A DNA stretch of 34,723 bases from a virus (taxonomy: Duplodnaviria; Caudoviricetes): the IMG/VR virus record IMGVR_UViG_3300020045_015184, positions 1-34,723 of that record; one strand, given 5' to 3'. Under the pieces are notes generated by a model. The model worked only from the letters and a program-made list of their open reading frames with translations, was not told the origin of the DNA and searched no databases. Below, piece after piece: positions 19,891 through 28,687 of the stretch (position 1 is the stretch's first letter; each line of letters opens with the position of its first letter). Both the position numbers and the translations under genes were made by a program.

Positions 19891-20864
19891 GCGTAGCTGT
19901 TGATGTTACTGAAAACACCGTAACGGTTAGTGAAAATAATTTTGATGTAACAGTCACGCAAACATTCCCCACTGATGGCGGGGGCGGTGGTAGCGGTACT
20001 GTTTGGGGTGGTGTAACTGGTGATATTGCAGATCAATTAGATTTACAAGAGGCGCTAGATGATAAACAGCCTGTTGGCAGCTATGCTGCAAGTACTCATA
20101 GCCATGCTATTTCAGATGTAACAGGCTTACAAACAGCATTAGATAGTAAGGCTAATGATTATTTTTCCGAGGGTAATTTTCAATTATGTTGTGCGCCAAA
20201 TCGTGATATTGTGGGTTCTGGCACACAATCGGCTACAAACTGGGGCTTTTGGCAAACCAATGCCGATGATACAAGGCGGCGTAAGCTAGGTAATTATAAT
20301 CGTGTTTACACGTCAACAACAATAAACAACCATGCGGGTTTACGATTATATGAGGTTTTAACGCCCCACATTGGCGCAAATAATTTGTACAATGGTGGTT
20401 ATGTTGAAACTCTTTTTGAGTTAGTTAATAACCCAAGTGGCAACCAAAGGTTTTTTGTTGGCTTAAGTGCCAACACCTCAACAAGCGGAACGGCTGGCAA
20501 TGCTAGCATAACAGGCACTCAAGGTGTGGGGCTTACATTTGATAAAAGCCTAAGCGATACAACGTGGTTTTACACACATAATCGCAACGGGGCTGCCCCT
20601 GTTCGCGCGGCTTTTCAAAACGCCCCAATTGCTTATGATGCACCATATTTAGTAAGTTTTGAGTTATTAGCGTCTAACCAAGTAAAGATACGCCTTAAAA
20701 ACCTTTTAACAGGTGTAACATATACCGAAACTATAGCAGTTGCATGGGCTTTAAATTTTTATGAGTTTTACCCACAAATAGGTATTAGTAATTTAACAAG
20801 CGGCCAATTAAACGAATTTAACTGGGTTAAAAAGTTTTTGCGTAGGACATCTGCATCATGGTAA
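19887..20864 (+). CDS. Second fibre or spike-like structural protein
   Basis: WGGVTGDIADQLDLQEALD and HSHAISDVTGLQTALD fibre motifs; beta-rich C-terminal domain. Confidence 0.7.
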   Translation: MSVAVDVTENTVTVSENNFDVTVTQTFPTDGGGGGSGTVWGGVTGDIADQLDLQEALDDKQPVGSYAASTHSHAISDVTGLQTALDSKANDYFSEGNFQLCCAPNRDIVGSGTQSATNWGFWQTNADDTRRRKLGNYNRVYTSTTINNHAGLRLYEVLTPHIGANNLYNGGYVETLFELVNNPSGNQRFFVGLSANTSTSGTAGNASITGTQGVGLTFDKSLSDTTWFYTHNRNGAAPVRAAFQNAPIAYDAPYLVSFELLASNQVKIRLKNLLTGVTYTETIAVAWALNFYEFYPQIGISNLTSGQLNEFNWVKKFLRRTSASW

Positions 20865-21046
20865 TGACTTCTAAAAATTGGCAAGATATTAATTATTTAT
20901 ATGTAGAATTATCTGCAACAGTAAATGGCGTTTATACCACATATACAAAACAGTTTTCAATTGATTATAATTTGCAATCTGCTATTGATTTTTGTGTAAT
21001 TGAATTTAATAATGCGAATGGTACGAACTATAGCATTACGGAGTAA
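20858..21046 (+). CDS. Hypothetical protein
   Basis: Overlap-coupled ORF within the operon. Confidence 0.55.
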   Translation: MVMTSKNWQDINYLYVELSATVNGVYTTYTKQFSIDYNLQSAIDFCVIEFNNANGTNYSITE

Positions 21047-21048
21047 TC

Positions 21049-21279
21049 ATGATGGATGATAAAAACACGAATTTTTTACTAGGCCAACTTTTAAGTAAAA
21101 CTGATTCCATACATGATATTGTAGCCGAGCTTAAAACCAACCATAGCGATTTAGCGAAACGTGTAACATCCCTTGAACACTTAAAGATTGCCATTATTGC
21201 TGGTGCCACAGCTACAGGAAGCGTTATTGGTTTATCATGGGAAAAGCTTAAAGCCATAGCTGGGCACTTAATATCATGA
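21049..21279 (+). CDS. Holin-like or lysis-associated membrane protein
   Basis: Coiled-coil (RVTSLE) plus one C-terminal TM segment, directly before the endolysin; GGAG RBS; Met-Met start. Confidence 0.55.
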   Translation: MMDDKNTNFLLGQLLSKTDSIHDIVAELKTNHSDLAKRVTSLEHLKIAIIAGATATGSVIGLSWEKLKAIAGHLIS

Positions 21280-21809
21280 TCCCCGCCCAATACCAATTTT
21301 TAACACAAGAAAAATCACCTAAAATCCTTAAAATTGCATTATCTTATTATGGCCTTAAAGAGGGTCTTGGTATTGCAGATAACCCTACAATCATGCGCTG
21401 GGCTAAAGATATTGGCGGCTGGATAGTAAACACCTACAATGCCGATAGTGTGCCGTGGTGTGGCTTATTTATGGCTCACTGTGCCAAAGAGGCTGGTTTC
21501 CCACATACTGGCAATGTTTTAAGTGCGCGTCACTGGCTTGAGTGGGGATCTTGGCGTGTTAAAGCCATGCTGGGCGATATTTTAGTATTTACCCGCCGCG
21601 GTGGTGGTCATGTTGGATTATATGTTGGCGAAGATACCGATTGCTACCACGTGCTCGGTGGCAACCAAGGGGATAGCGTTAGTATTATGCGTATTCAAAA
21701 GAGCCGTTGTATTGGTATTAGGCGCTGTAGATGGAAATTAAAACAGCCAGAAAGCATACGCCCTATTATTCTTGACGCTAATGGCAAAATAAGCGATAAT
21801 GAAGCATAA
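21276..21809 (+). CDS. Endolysin, TIGR02594 / NlpC-P60-like peptidase
   Basis: NPTIM.W, VPWCGLF, GGGHVGLYVGE, LGGNQ motifs. Confidence 0.88.
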   Translation: MIPAQYQFLTQEKSPKILKIALSYYGLKEGLGIADNPTIMRWAKDIGGWIVNTYNADSVPWCGLFMAHCAKEAGFPHTGNVLSARHWLEWGSWRVKAMLGDILVFTRRGGGHVGLYVGEDTDCYHVLGGNQGDSVSIMRIQKSRCIGIRRCRWKLKQPESIRPIILDANGKISDNEA

Positions 21810-21844
21810 GCTTATAGTGGCTTATTTCATTCATGGGGGCCCCA

Positions 21845-22129
21845 ATGTTTAATTTTCTTAAAGGTTATCGCACTTATTTAACCATTATTATTGGCTTGGT
21901 TATTGTACCAGTGACCACTTTTTTAATGGGCTTTGATTTATCAAAATATGTAGAGGGATTTTTAACCGCTAAATGTAGCTTAGATGTTACTTGCTTAGAA
22001 AATGCCAAACAAATTGGTAAAGCCTCACAAGAGATGTATTTAGCCATTGTTGGTGGCATTATCTGGTATTTCAAAAATCTAGGCGTTAAGCAAGCTAAAG
22101 CCGACAACAAACCAGATGCCCAACTTTAA
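21845..22129 (+). CDS. Two-TM membrane protein, possible holin
   Basis: LKGYRTY N-terminus and two hydrophobic segments; sits in the lysis module. Confidence 0.6.
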   Translation: MFNFLKGYRTYLTIIIGLVIVPVTTFLMGFDLSKYVEGFLTAKCSLDVTCLENAKQIGKASQEMYLAIVGGIIWYFKNLGVKQAKADNKPDAQL

Positions 22130-22400
22130 GCTTATTGCCGCCATTAGCGGTTGTGCCATTATTGCAGTGCTATTAGCCTACCTTATTGGCCACGCTAGAG
22201 GGCACACAGCTGGATATGATGCCTGTGAAACCGCTTGGAAAGCTGAAAAACTAAAGCAAGCCGAGGTTATTACAAATGTTCAAGAAAAAGACCGCCAAAC
22301 CAAAGAGCGTGTGGAAAAAGAAACCAACATTATGCCAGATAGTGCTATTGATGCCGATCTTCGCCGTCTTGGGATCATGCGCCCAAACACAGGTAATTGA
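22116..22400 (+). CDS. i-spanin (Rz-like)
   Basis: N-terminal TM segment plus coiled coil; overlapped by a lipoprotein ORF. Confidence 0.7.
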   Translation: MPNFKLIAAISGCAIIAVLLAYLIGHARGHTAGYDACETAWKAEKLKQAEVITNVQEKDRQTKERVEKETNIMPDSAIDADLRRLGIMRPNTGN

Positions 22401-22512
22401 TAACTCCTGCCAATTCATGCCCCGTGGCACCGCACATTTAAATGATACAATGCTAACTAAGCGGTGGATGCGCTCATATGAAACCCGCCGCCAAGAAAAA
22501 TGTACCGAATAA
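22309..22512 (+). CDS. o-spanin lipoprotein (Rz1-like), overlapped architecture
   Basis: Basic N-region KKK, hydrophobic stretch and lipobox LGSC; start uncertain (GTG 22309 or ATG 22276). Confidence 0.7.
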   Translation: MWKKKPTLCQIVLLMPIFAVLGSCAQTQVIDNSCQFMPRGTAHLNDTMLTKRWMRSYETRRQEKCTE

Positions 22513-22531
22513 CCAATTTTAGGGGATTAAA

Positions 22532-22705
22532 ATGAATAAGCCGTGGCCTAAAAATTATGAGGGTGTAAAACCCGCTAATGAAGAAGAATACAAATCTTTA
22601 TATTTAAGTAATGCAGATGGTAAATATACCCCACAAGAATTAAGGAAACTTGATAAAAAAATTGAGGGTATTAGAGAATTTACAAGATCACTTGGCCGAA
22701 AATGA
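22532..22705 (+). CDS. Unannotated 57-aa hypothetical protein (MNKPWPKNYEG...SLGRK)
   Basis: AGGGG RBS; open frame filling the gap; ATGA overlap with the next gene. Confidence 0.7.
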   Translation: MNKPWPKNYEGVKPANEEEYKSLYLSNADGKYTPQELRKLDKKIEGIREFTRSLGRK

Positions 22706-23325
22706 CAGACTTACAAATTATCACATCCCTATTAGCCTTTCATGCCTTTATGGGCATACTTACATGGTGGTTTCTACGTGGTGGTGGTATTGAAAGCAGC
22801 TTGTTAAATTATCGCAGTGTGCCCCACCTTAAACCGATCGCAGCGCTTATATTTGGCGTTGATTTTGCCTATTTTTGCCAGCCGTTAGGTTTTATCACCA
22901 ATTTACCCCTGCCTGACCTATTCCAAGCCCTAATAACTGGTGGCCTTATGTTGCTAGGTAGCTCACCAGGTTGGGGTAAATATATCGCGGCTATGGCGGG
23001 TAATTCAACTACTGGCAAAAGCAAGCGGTGGGGTTTAGCTATGATGACCTTGCGCGGCCTATTTTTAGGCTTCTGTGTGGCTTTAACATGGTTGGTTGGT
23101 GCTCCAGTATGGTTTAGCATTACAACCCTATTGTGCGGTGGTTTAATGGGCCCTGTTTATTATTTATCATTTAACCACATAACAGCCAAGGGCAAAGTTT
23201 TTAATGCGTGGACTGTGGCCGAGATGATATTTGGCTGGTTATTTTGGGTGCCGTTGGCAATTCTGGCTATTAGAGCTAAAAGAAAAGCCCAAAAAGAAGC
23301 TGAAAAACAAACGGTGGTGCGCTAG
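22702..23325 (+). CDS. Multi-pass membrane protein
   Basis: About six hydrophobic segments; PGWGKY motif. Confidence 0.75.
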   Translation: MTDLQIITSLLAFHAFMGILTWWFLRGGGIESSLLNYRSVPHLKPIAALIFGVDFAYFCQPLGFITNLPLPDLFQALITGGLMLLGSSPGWGKYIAAMAGNSTTGKSKRWGLAMMTLRGLFLGFCVALTWLVGAPVWFSITTLLCGGLMGPVYYLSFNHITAKGKVFNAWTVAEMIFGWLFWVPLAILAIRAKRKAQKEAEKQTVVR

Positions 23326-23361
23326 CCATACAGTGCAAATAATGGGATTAGCATGGCTAGC
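23321..23361. terminator. Inverted repeat at the convergence of the + and - operons
   Basis: gctagccat...atggctagc. Confidence 0.45.
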
Positions 23362-23371
23362 ACATAGTTAA

Positions 23372-23590
23372 TTATTTTATTTCATATTTTCCAGTACTAT
23401 CAGGCCATAAATGGATATAGTCTTTTGGGTAACATATATGTGGTCTTGCAATAACACAATCTTCTCTTTTTAATCCATATAAATTTACTAATTCATAGGC
23501 TGAAATATGATGTATATCACCATCATATGTGCTTTTAACATATCCGCTATGTAATACATATTTTCGATTATTTATCATTAATCGCACCAT
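23372..23590 (-). CDS. Hypothetical protein
   Basis: KYVLH.GYV.S..DGD.H.I.A..L..LYG pattern seen in small phage proteins. Confidence 0.65.
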   Translation of the reverse strand: MVRLMINNRKYVLHSGYVKSTYDGDIHHISAYELVNLYGLKREDCVIARPHICYPKDYIHLWPDSTGKYEIK

Positions 23591-23855
23591 ATTTTTGTTT
23601 AAGCTTTTCTTTAAAAATATCTATAATGTCAGTAGCCACATTTATTTTATCACCTGTACCATATTTCAACCTATGATCTTGTAACAACTCTAGCACTTCG
23701 CTAAGGGCAACCATTGGCTCGGTGGTTACTTTTATATATTTAATTGTTACTGGTAAATAATCATCTTTTTCTGCAATATTTATAGCAGTTTTATGAAAGT
23801 GAATATACAAAGATTCTGGTGGGTTTTCAGCGTTATATTTTATAATATCACTCAT
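23568..23855 (-). CDS. Hypothetical protein
   Basis: Overlap-coupled ORF. Confidence 0.6.
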   Translation of the reverse strand: MSDIIKYNAENPPESLYIHFHKTAINIAEKDDYLPVTIKYIKVTTEPMVALSEVLELLQDHRLKYGTGDKINVATDIIDIFKEKLKQKYGAINDK

Positions 23856-24375
23856 TCCCCACCACCTTTTCTGCGTTTGCTATGGCTTGTTTTGCTTTAT
23901 CGTAAAATTGTTTCCACGGCCCTGAATTATAGCCGCTAAACTCCCATGTTATTGCTTTGGGGCCATATCTATATCGGCGGCCCTCAAGTTCATCTGTTGC
24001 TTGGGTATGGCTAAAAAATGGCCCACACAATAAAACTTGGCCAATTACACCGATTTTGCTTTCTCTAACTATTCCCCACCACGGCTCTGATGAAAAATTA
24101 TTATCGCCTAAGTGTGCAAACGGCATTTTAAGCAATTCCAACAATTCGGCATGGCTTTGCTTAACCCGCTCTAGCTCTGCTAACTTGGCCTTAATGCGCT
24201 CAAGAATATCTATAGTTTCCTCATGTTGTTGAGGGCTCATGTATTCGTCTTGATACATATCTATATTGTGTTTGTCGATTTCAAAATCAAGAAACTCGTT
24301 TTCTACCCTTGCATTGTAAGCGGCTATATCAGCATCAACGTCAATCTCATCAGGCATATTGTGTTTATCGGTCAT
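23848..24375 (-). CDS. Hypothetical mosaic protein
   Basis: ATGA coupling; SHAELLE.LK...AKQAIANAE framing. Confidence 0.65.
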   Translation of the reverse strand: MTDKHNMPDEIDVDADIAAYNARVENEFLDFEIDKHNIDMYQDEYMSPQQHEETIDILERIKAKLAELERVKQSHAELLELLKMPFAHLGDNNFSSEPWWGIVRESKIGVIGQVLLCGPFFSHTQATDELEGRRYRYGPKAITWEFSGYNSGPWKQFYDKAKQAIANAEKVVGNE

Positions 24376-24761
24376 TTGTTTTGATCCTTAATGTATTTTA
24401 AAACTTCTAAAAGTTGATGTAGATAAGCCAATGTTAATGTTGGTGCATGAATACCGCTTGTAGAAAAAACTTCACGCCCAATTGAGCCTATCGCACATCC
24501 ATCAGTAATGCCTATTTTATGCATTTGGCAATAAGATTCACCAACACTTGATTCATGTAAATCAACGGCCCAACCATCTGGCTTAAACCTCATTATTTCA
24601 TCCATGCTTGTAGCATAGTTTGTTGGGTATAGATATTCACTATCCCCGACTACTTCATTAAATATAATATGGCACAAATTATTTAATCTTTTTTCTGTAG
24701 CCTTATTAGTAAAATTTAAATCACTAATTATTTTTAAAGCTTTTTCTATATGATTAATCAT
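24372..24761 (-). CDS. Hypothetical protein
   Basis: AAGGAG RBS; PTNYATSMD motif. Confidence 0.6.
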   Translation of the reverse strand: MINHIEKALKIISDLNFTNKATEKRLNNLCHIIFNEVVGDSEYLYPTNYATSMDEIMRFKPDGWAVDLHESSVGESYCQMHKIGITDGCAIGSIGREVFSTSGIHAPTLTLAYLHQLLEVLKYIKDQNK

Positions 24762-24808
24762 TTTATTTGCTCCTTAACTAATACAGTCAGTTTAGTTTCT
24801 TGTGTCAT

Positions 24809-24970
24809 TTAATCATCTCCATATCTTATGCTATCTATGAGGCTAACAGCTTCTTGAAGTGTTTCGTAAGCTAAAATGTGATTGTTTGTACGCATATTGC
24901 CGACAGTTTTATGAATAAGCCGCCCCAACTCCTCTATGTCTTTATTCTCGCTTAGTTTTTCTTGGGTCAT
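24809..24970 (-). CDS. Unannotated 53-aa hypothetical protein (MTQEKLSENK...RYGDD)
   Basis: AAGGA RBS; open frame filling the gap. Confidence 0.6.
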   Translation of the reverse strand: MTQEKLSENKDIEELGRLIHKTVGNMRTNNHILAYETLQEAVSLIDSIRYGDD

Positions 24971-24973
24971 AAT

Positions 24974-25222
24974 CTAATCCTTTTTCGGTGGTTGTGGGTG
25001 TATGTCATATAGCTTCATATTGCAATCATCTATTATGGCCTTGTGTGCCCATGCTGCACTAACCAGCGCATACTCACCTGATGCTATTTTTTCGGCTAAT
25101 TCTAAGCCATACATTAAAGTTTGTGCTTCTTCATTCCATGCAACATGGACTTTCCAAGGTTCATAAATCCATTTCAACCTTTTTTTAGCCGCCTTTATTT
25201 TATCAAGTGTTGTATGTTTCAT
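24974..25222 (-). CDS. Hypothetical protein
   Basis: ATGA-coupled ORF. Confidence 0.6.
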   Translation of the reverse strand: MKHTTLDKIKAAKKRLKWIYEPWKVHVAWNEEAQTLMYGLELAEKIASGEYALVSAAWAHKAIIDDCNMKLYDIHPQPPKKD

Positions 25223-25581
25223 TTTAACAAATCCTGCAAATCGGTAGTTATTATTGAATAAAGATTTTGGCTAACAAAAACTTCACCCCCTGCCTCACAT
25301 GATTCCTTACATATTGATATTAGAGCTTCAACATCGTACCTTGTACGTCTTCTAACATCAAAAGCACTGTGAAAAATTGAACCCTCTTTGTATTCATACC
25401 ATTCCAAAACATCCTTTGGCGTTTTAAGTTTTTTAAAAAAATTAAAAAGTTTACGTGTGCCAAGATGTTTTGCTATAACCTCTTGTTTATGTTTTTCGTT
25501 ATAAGCTATGCGTTTTTTATCCCACAACTCACACATATCAAGTAATCTTTTAGAATCTATCTTTAAATAGCCATGTATCAT
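25219..25581 (-). CDS. Hypothetical protein
   Basis: Tightly packed ORF with AGGGG RBS. Confidence 0.6.
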   Translation of the reverse strand: MIHGYLKIDSKRLLDMCELWDKKRIAYNEKHKQEVIAKHLGTRKLFNFFKKLKTPKDVLEWYEYKEGSIFHSAFDVRRRTRYDVEALISICKESCEAGGEVFVSQNLYSIITTDLQDLLK

Positions 25582-25582
25582 A

Positions 25583-25909
25583 TTATTTCCCCTGATTTCT
25601 ATAAGCTAGCGCCATTGCAAGCGAGCTTTCATAAACATTACTGCTTGGTTTAAAGCCTTGATCATCATAACGTGTTTCATCTCTTTCATTATGCTGCAAT
25701 GATAAAAAACCAGCGCATACTTTTGAATTTTTACCAGCATAGGTATCGCCATTATCATCGTCATGCTCTAAAGTTTTGTGACAATGAAACGTGCTGTATT
25801 TACTTTGGCAGATATAAGCCAGTTCTGCGCCACGCTGCGGGTGTAAAAACGGCTTAACATCTTGCCTATAGGGGCAGTTAGCGCATGGCTTTTTGCAAAA
25901 GTCGCTCAT
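25583..25909 (-). CDS. Cys/His metal-binding phage protein
   Basis: KPCANCPYR, FHCHK, CAG motifs. Confidence 0.7.
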   Translation of the reverse strand: MSDFCKKPCANCPYRQDVKPFLHPQRGAELAYICQSKYSTFHCHKTLEHDDDNGDTYAGKNSKVCAGFLSLQHNERDETRYDDQGFKPSSNVYESSLAMALAYRNQGK

Positions 25910-26221
25910 TTATACCCCCGCCTTAGCAGCAGATATAATAGCTTCTACAATTCTTAATAAGTATAACTCTTGTGGCTTTGTGCGTTTTTTGTTTGCCTCG
26001 TTTTGTAAGCGGTCTAATAAATATGATGCGTTTAGCCCTGCTATAAAAGATAGCATATTACTACCCATAGATGAAAAGTAAGTAGTCCACGATGATCCAT
26101 AGCAAGTAACTGTTAAATAGCCAGCACTACCACTTTCATCTAAATAAACATTTATAGGGTCTAGTCTTTCAGCACCTGTTATTTGTAGTCGGGTAACTTG
26201 TTCTATAAGCAATTTAGTCAT
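25910..26221 (-). CDS. Conserved phage hypothetical protein
   Basis: LDPINV.L...G.LTVTCYG.SW..YF..MG pattern; AAGGA RBS. Confidence 0.7.
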   Translation of the reverse strand: MTKLLIEQVTRLQITGAERLDPINVYLDESGSAGYLTVTCYGSSWTTYFSSMGSNMLSFIAGLNASYLLDRLQNEANKKRTKPQELYLLRIVEAIISAAKAGV

Positions 26222-26249
26222 AATATAAAATCCTTTAAACGGTGGTAAA

Positions 26250-26273
26250 ATAGCCCCACCTAAGCAGGGCTAT
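26250..26273 (-). terminator. Rho-independent terminator candidate after the SPFH gene
   Basis: atagccc/gggctat stem followed by a short U-run on the minus strand. Confidence 0.55.
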
Positions 26274-26280
26274 GGTTAAT

Positions 26281-27066
26281 TTACTTATCTTCTAAAATAC
26301 CAGCGGGGATATTCAGCATATTAGCGCCATTACCACCTATGATCTTAGGCAATACGCCATTCCATTTTTGTACGGCCTCATAAGCCACCAATGACTGGCT
26401 TTTGCTTAACGCTTCGGTTTTAATCTGCATAGCTTCGGCATCGGCCTTAGCAGCAATAATCCGCTGCTTGGCGTTTTCTTCAATCTCTACAGTCTTGTTA
26501 CGCGCTTCTTCGGCACGTTGCACAGCAACAACCTTAGCTTCAACAGCATTTTCAAACTGTGTGGCAAAGGCTACATCGGTTAATTCAACCTGTGTAACGA
26601 TTAAACCAGCCTTACCCAAGCTACCAGCAATGCTATCTTGGATTTCGGTGGTGGCCTTTTGTCTGTTAGCAATTAGATCAATAGCGTTCCATTTGCCAAT
26701 AACATTTTTAAGGGCCCCATTAACAACCTGTGGGATCAGCTTGTCTTCATATGGAATACCAACCTCACTAAACATTTTAACGGTGTATTTGGGGTCTAGG
26801 TTATAGTTAATAGCCAATGCAATGTTTGCCTGTTGAACATCGCGTGTGTACACGCTAGTTTTACCGTCAAAACGCTGTGTTTGGTTATCAATTTCATAGA
26901 TGGTGGTAATAAATGGGTTATAGGTATAAAACCCTGCTGGTAAAGATTCTGGCTCAACCTTACCCATAGTCTTTTTAACACCACTACTACCAGTTTCAAC
27001 AATTTCAAAGCCACAAGCCGTTAAGCTTAAGGCAGATAACATCAGTACAAATAACATTTTTTTCAT
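26281..27066 (-). CDS. SPFH/band-7/prohibitin family lipoprotein
   Basis: Lipobox LTAC; FENAVEAKVVAVQRA coiled coil; KWNGVLP. Confidence 0.9.
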   Translation of the reverse strand: MKKMLFVLMLSALSLTACGFEIVETGSSGVKKTMGKVEPESLPAGFYTYNPFITTIYEIDNQTQRFDGKTSVYTRDVQQANIALAINYNLDPKYTVKMFSEVGIPYEDKLIPQVVNGALKNVIGKWNAIDLIANRQKATTEIQDSIAGSLGKAGLIVTQVELTDVAFATQFENAVEAKVVAVQRAEEARNKTVEIEENAKQRIIAAKADAEAMQIKTEALSKSQSLVAYEAVQKWNGVLPKIIGGNGANMLNIPAGILEDK

Positions 27067-27077
27067 TTTTGTCGCTC

Positions 27078-27281
27078 CTAAAGTTTTTTGATTTTAGATA
27101 ACAAGACCATGCGGCCCTGCTTTGATAATACAGCCAAAGGCCATATGGGCATAAATGCTAAGGCTTTCCACATAGCATTAAATTGTTTTTTGCTTGGCTG
27201 AAAAGCCCAGCTTGATACAGCATTGCTCATAAAAATGAACATACCAAAAAAGTATATGCGCCAGATAATAACAATAATCAT
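27078..27281 (-). CDS. Small membrane protein
   Basis: Two hydrophobic segments; IWPL motif. Confidence 0.6.
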   Translation of the reverse strand: MIIVIIWRIYFFGMFIFMSNAVSSWAFQPSKKQFNAMWKALAFMPIWPLAVLSKQGRMVLLSKIKKL

Positions 27282-27485
27282 TACTCACCATCACTTTCTT
27301 TTTTAGTAATAAAAATGCTAACACGTGATTCTTTTTGTTCTGACCATATATGATATACGAAAAACAAAATAATTAATTGAGATATATTTTCCCAACCTTT
27401 AAGTTCAAGTGCAACAATTATAAATACAACAATGTATAAAATTCTAATTATTGTATTTAGAATAAATTCTAAACGATCACGCATA
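27281..27485 (-). CDS. Small membrane protein
   Basis: Two TM segments; likely starts at MRDRLE just after the gapR stop (start coordinate approximate). Confidence 0.55.
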
Positions 27486-27731
27486 TTACACCATACCAAT
27501 CGCTGATTTATATAGCTCAAGCAATTCTTCTTGTTCGCGGCGCTGATCGGTGGCTAACTTACGTAAGCGCACAACAGCACGAATAATCTTAGGATCAAAC
27601 CCTGCTGATTTTGATTCGCCGTAAACCTCTTTAATATCATCTTGAATACCAGTTTTTTCTTCTGTTAAACGCTCAATGCGCTCAATTAGCAATTTAAGTC
27701 TATCGCCAGCTACGCCCTGTACATCTGCCAT
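27486..27731 (-). CDS. gapR: GapR / DUF2312 nucleoid-associated DNA-binding protein
   Basis: LK..IERIERL.EEK..I.DDIKEVY.E.KS.GFD.KI.R.VVRLRK signature; AAGGAG RBS. Confidence 0.92.
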   Translation of the reverse strand: MADVQGVAGDRLKLLIERIERLTEEKTGIQDDIKEVYGESKSAGFDPKIIRAVVRLRKLATDQRREQEELLELYKSAIGMV

Positions 27732-27757
27732 TTTTCTATACTCCTTTTATTCGGTGG

Positions 27758-28042
27758 TTATTTTTTTGGTTCAAGTTTTTCAGCAATATCAATCAATACA
27801 TCTATTGCCTTATACAATAATCTATTAGTTTGCATTGATGTAAGTTCATCTCTTATATCAACATCTTTTGATAAAAATGTATTTGTCATTGTAACTGCTT
27901 CACTAAAATTTGCCAAAACAGTTTTTCTTGTAATATTTGGGTCATTATCATTTATTGTTAAAAGAATAATGCTACCTCCAATTGTATATAAATCTTGCAA
28001 TTGTTGATTAATAGCTTGCTTAACATCTTCTGTAATTTCCAT
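27758..28042 (-). CDS. Hypothetical protein, first gene of the leftward operon
   Basis: AAGGA RBS; follows the divergent promoter. Confidence 0.65.
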   Translation of the reverse strand: MEITEDVKQAINQQLQDLYTIGGSIILLTINDNDPNITRKTVLANFSEAVTMTNTFLSKDVDIRDELTSMQTNRLLYKAIDVLIDIAEKLEPKK

Positions 28043-28087
28043 GATTTTAAAATCCTTTTTGTTGTTAATTTATCTCGTGATTTCCAC

Positions 28088-28127
28088 TTGACTATTATAA
28101 TATAATATAATATAATAGCGTTGTCAA
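28088..28127. promoter_or_regulatory. Overlapping divergent sigma70 promoters around (TATAA)4
   Basis: + strand TTGACT(28088)-17-TATAAT(28111); - strand TTGACA(28127)-17-TATATT(28104). Confidence 0.8.
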
Positions 28128-28152
28128 TAACAAAAAATAGGAGTTTTTAAAA

Positions 28153-28326
28153 ATGACAAGAAATAAATCTGACGCATATAGCCCACGCAAGGTTGTGCTT
28201 TCTGTAACTGTAGATCCTGACGTATGGGAAACCGCTAAAGATCGTGCCGTTGAAGAAAATAAATCATTAAGTTCTGTAGTTGAAAAATTATTAAAGGCCT
28301 ATGGCAATGCCAGTAAGAAGAAATAA
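28153..28326 (+). CDS. Unannotated 57-aa ribbon-helix-helix transcription regulator
   Basis: AGGAG RBS; RKVVLSVTVDPDVWETAKDRAVEENKSLSSVVEKLLKAY fits the strand-helix-helix RHH pattern. Confidence 0.8.
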   Translation: MTRNKSDAYSPRKVVLSVTVDPDVWETAKDRAVEENKSLSSVVEKLLKAYGNASKKK

Positions 28327-28669
28327 GTTTGGTACGGCTCTAAAGGAGCACCGCACATTAAATGGCACTGTGTTTGATAGCAAAGGTGAAATGTTAAGAT
28401 ATTACGATTTAGAGTTGTTACAGCGCGGTAAGGTGATTCGCAATTTAGAGCGCCAAGTAAGCTACCCGCTGGTAATTGTTAATCCTGATACCCAGCAGCA
28501 CATAAATGTGGGTCAGTACACGCCCGACTTTGTTTATGAGGAGCTACAGCCTGACGGCACATGGGAACTAATCGTAGAAGACTTCAAGGGCCTGATGACG
28601 AACGAATCAAAGTTTAGGATTAAGGTATTTCAAGCCATTTACAACAAAACCGTAAAAATAACCAAATAA
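28301..28669 (+). CDS. DUF1064 family PD-(D/E)XK nuclease-like protein
   Basis: NKFG, FDSKGE..Y, LERQV, YTPDFVY, VEDFKG. Confidence 0.85.
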   Translation: MAMPVRRNKFGTALKEHRTLNGTVFDSKGEMLRYYDLELLQRGKVIRNLERQVSYPLVIVNPDTQQHINVGQYTPDFVYEELQPDGTWELIVEDFKGLMTNESKFRIKVFQAIYNKTVKITK

Positions 28670-28687
28670 CCCACAATAGGATCAAAA

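Noticed and set aside
17958-20864. Diversity-generating retroelement or invertible fibre cassette
   Set aside because: No reverse transcriptase, invertase or TR/VR repeat pair is visible.
208-22110. Numerous antisense and alternate-frame ORFs in the structural operon
   Set aside because: They are shadows of well-supported + strand genes and have no motifs or RBS.
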